From contig JAYEKO010000004.1 of assembly GCA_034661055.1 (NCBI GenBank), positions 1-62,158 of the forward strand: a stretch of 62,158 nucleotides of DNA, read 5' to 3'. The first letter of the stretch is position 1. The number at the start of each line of letters is the position of its first letter. Source of the DNA: Campylobacterota bacterium (GTDB taxonomy: Bacteria > Campylobacterota > Campylobacteria > Campylobacterales > Sulfurimonadaceae). This document shows positions 59,814 through 62,158 of the stretch, in pieces. The notes beneath the pieces were generated by a model that saw only the letters and a list, made by a program, of their open reading frames with translations, was not told the DNA's origin and did not search any database. The translations under genes and the position numbers were made by a program.

Positions 59814-60584
59814 ATGCAGGTGGTTCATAGTAAAATCCCAAAATTAGAGTCCATGAAAAAATATCCAAAATCGCTCTTTTATAGAGGAGACCTTTCACTA
59901 CTGAAAAAAAACATGATCTCTATTGTGGGCACTAGAAAACCTAATCAGTATACCAAGCAGTTAACATTTGAATTGGCTACAAAGCTATCAAGTGCAGGAG
60001 TCTGCATTGTTAGCGGTGCTGCTATGGGAGTTGATGCCATAGCCCATAAAGGTGCCGGCAGTTCAAATACTATTGCTGTTATGGCTAACGGACTTGATAT
60101 TGTCTATCCTCAGGTAAATCGATCTTTAATTGAGGAGATTGAAAAAGAGGGCTTGACATTAAGTCAGTTTGAAAGTGGGTTCAAAGCTACAAAATGGAGC
60201 TTTGTTGTACGTAATGAAATTGTAGTTGCTCTTGGTGATGTATTAATTGTAACACAAGCCGACCTTAATAGTGGTACAATGCGTAGTGTAGAATTTGCAA
60301 AGAAAATGGGTAAAAAAATATATGTTTTACCGCATCGTCATAAAGAGAGTGAAGGTACGAGTAGCTTACTTAAAAGTGGTGATGCTGAGGCTATATATGA
60401 CATTGATGAGTTTGTCTCAATGTTTAGCTCAAATGAATCTACATGTAAATCTGATACATTTTTGAACTACTGCATGAAGACCCCTAGTTATGAGGAAGCT
60501 GTATTGAAATTTGGAGATAGAGTTTTTGAGTATGAGTTAGATGGAAAAATCAGAGTAGATGATGGTTTTGTATTGGTTGTCTGA
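59814..60584 (+). CDS. dprA: DNA-processing protein DprA
   Basis: IVGTRKP, VSGAAMGVDAIAH, FVVRN, SGT. Confidence 0.93.
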   Translation: MQVVHSKIPKLESMKKYPKSLFYRGDLSLLKKNMISIVGTRKPNQYTKQLTFELATKLSSAGVCIVSGAAMGVDAIAHKGAGSSNTIAVMANGLDIVYPQVNRSLIEEIEKEGLTLSQFESGFKATKWSFVVRNEIVVALGDVLIVTQADLNSGTMRSVEFAKKMGKKIYVLPHRHKESEGTSSLLKSGDAEAIYDIDEFVSMFSSNESTCKSDTFLNYCMKTPSYEEAVLKFGDRVFEYELDGKIRVDDGFVLVV

Positions 60585-60606
60585 AAATTAATGAGAGAGT
60601 AATGTC

Positions 60607-62085
60607 ATGGAAAAAATGAAGTTTGATGTCTGTATTATTGGTTGTGGTCCTGCAGGTTTTGCTGCAGCAATGCGTTCTTATGATTTTGACAATCATGTCT
60701 GTATTATAGAAGGAAATCAGGTGGGTGGTGCCGGTATCCATGATGGAGCGCTCAGTTCTAAAACAATGTGGGAAATCTCAAAGGACTACGCTACATCGAA
60801 ACGAACCGATAGAGGGTACATAGCATCAAACTTTAGTGTCAATTATGAACAGGTTATAGATACAGTTTATCAGGCAGTTCGTGAAAAACAGTACCAGATA
60901 CGCTCACAGATTGAGACCTTCTCAAAAAAGGAAGGGAACTCTAAAAGTTTGACACTCATAAAAGGTTGGGGAAAGTTTTCAACAACTAAAACCGTGATTG
61001 TGACAAAAGAAGATGGTGAATTGATTGAGATAGAAGCAGACAATTTTATTATTGCCAGTGGTTCACACCCAAGAAAGCACCCTACATTAGATATTGATGG
61101 TGAGCGCATTATTACATCTGACCATATTTTAAACTTAAAGACATTTCCACATAGAATTTTAATTATTGGTGCTGGTGTTGTGGGGTGTGAGTTTGCTACT
61201 ATATTTGCAGAGTTTGGTCAGACAAAAGTGCATCTTCTTGATTCACAAGAGCGAGTAATTCCATTTGAAGATGATGATGTTAGTGATTATGCTAGTTCTA
61301 TGCTAGAAAATATTGGTGTTGAAATCCATCATACCGCAACACTTAGAGGAATTCACAAACACGCGACACATATTGATGTTATATTAGACTACAAAGAAGG
61401 TCATGCGGAGGTGATAGCAGTAGATGCAATCCTAATCTCTATTGGACGAGTCCCTACCGTAAAAAAACTTGGCTTAGAAAATATTGGTGTTGACATTACA
61501 CCTAGAGGGTTACTAGAGGTAAATGATCGGTGCCAAGTTAAAGATAATATTTACGCAGTAGGAGATATTTCCGGCAATGCTGCCCTAGTTAATATTGCAG
61601 AGATGGAGGGGCGTTTCGCTGCTAAGGCTATTGATTCAAAAATTGCATATCCGCTTCGTTATCGTAACATGTCAACCATAATGTTTTTTAATCCAGAGAT
61701 CTCAGCCATTGGACGTAATGAAAAGGAGTGTCAGGCAGACAGTACCGCTTATAAAGTGGTGTTTTATAAACATGCACTGATTGCACGTGCCATCGCAATG
61801 CGCGATACGGGTGGTTTTTTTAAACTTATTGTCAGTGATGAGGATAATCCGGAAATCTTAGGTATGAGAGCAGCAGGACCTCAGGCAGCAGCTTCTATTA
61901 TGTATATTGCCACATTAATGGACCAAAAGACCCGACTCAATGAGATTATGAAAACAGTACACCCTCATCCAAGTACTACCGAGGGTATTCAAGAGTGTCT
62001 GCGTATGTTAGTAGGTAAGTCTATCTACAAACCTGAAGCGTTTCCACATTTCATTAGCGTTAAAACTTGGCAACCTCAAAGCTGA
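60607..62085 (+). CDS. Dihydrolipoamide-dehydrogenase/SthA-family flavoprotein lacking the redox disulfide
   Basis: GCGPAG, GGAGIHDGALSSK, GAGVVGCE, YAVGD, HPHPSTTE. Confidence 0.85.
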   Translation: MEKMKFDVCIIGCGPAGFAAAMRSYDFDNHVCIIEGNQVGGAGIHDGALSSKTMWEISKDYATSKRTDRGYIASNFSVNYEQVIDTVYQAVREKQYQIRSQIETFSKKEGNSKSLTLIKGWGKFSTTKTVIVTKEDGELIEIEADNFIIASGSHPRKHPTLDIDGERIITSDHILNLKTFPHRILIIGAGVVGCEFATIFAEFGQTKVHLLDSQERVIPFEDDDVSDYASSMLENIGVEIHHTATLRGIHKHATHIDVILDYKEGHAEVIAVDAILISIGRVPTVKKLGLENIGVDITPRGLLEVNDRCQVKDNIYAVGDISGNAALVNIAEMEGRFAAKAIDSKIAYPLRYRNMSTIMFFNPEISAIGRNEKECQADSTAYKVVFYKHALIARAIAMRDTGGFFKLIVSDEDNPEILGMRAAGPQAAASIMYIATLMDQKTRLNEIMKTVHPHPSTTEGIQECLRMLVGKSIYKPEAFPHFISVKTWQPQS

Positions 62086-62144
62086 TATTAAGTCATTTTT
62101 AATATTAGCAGGGGTATAGTTAAAGTTATAAAAAATTGGAGGCA

Positions 62145-62158
62145 ATGAAATATGTTAA
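62145..62158 (+). CDS. Start of a gene cut by the window edge
   Basis: GGAGG followed closely by ATG (62145; alternative ATG at 62152). Confidence 0.4.

Noticed and set aside
62109..62118. CAGGGGTATA as another copy of the element end
   Set aside because: A single 10-bp match with one mismatch and no supporting context; compatible with chance.

Overview
A 62 kb AT-rich chromosomal segment from a Campylobacterota bacterium (Sulfurimonas/Thiovulaceae-like, inferred from gene content and order: cheV-cheAY-cheW, ilvC-deacetylase-dprA, rpmH-rnpA-yidD-yidC-jag-mnmE). It is mostly core genes on the + strand. No rRNA, tRNA or CRISPR array was seen. Main observations: (1) the palindrome TACATGTA occurs at least 31 times, against roughly 2 expected, mostly inside genes and in two reading frames, like a HIP1-type highly iterated palindrome. 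(2) An internally deleted RAYT/Y1-like element with terminal inverted repeats and stuttered end copies lies next to a toxin-antitoxin module (3.1-4.5 kb). (3) A collapsed accessory island (29.2-32.0 kb) contains a JetA'-'JetC-'integrase chimera plus PemK-like and RelBE remnants. (4) A DUF4178/DUF350/aminopropyltransferase operon ends in an NspC paralogue rather than SpeD. (5) A B12 glutamate-mutase-like S/E/L trio is coupled to an adenylate-forming enzyme. (6) A lipoamide-dehydrogenase-family flavoprotein lacks both redox cysteines. Several small genes missing from the ORF track were added (rpmH, rnpA, a relB remnant, two small membrane ORFs). All family assignments come from motif recognition by eye, not database searches.
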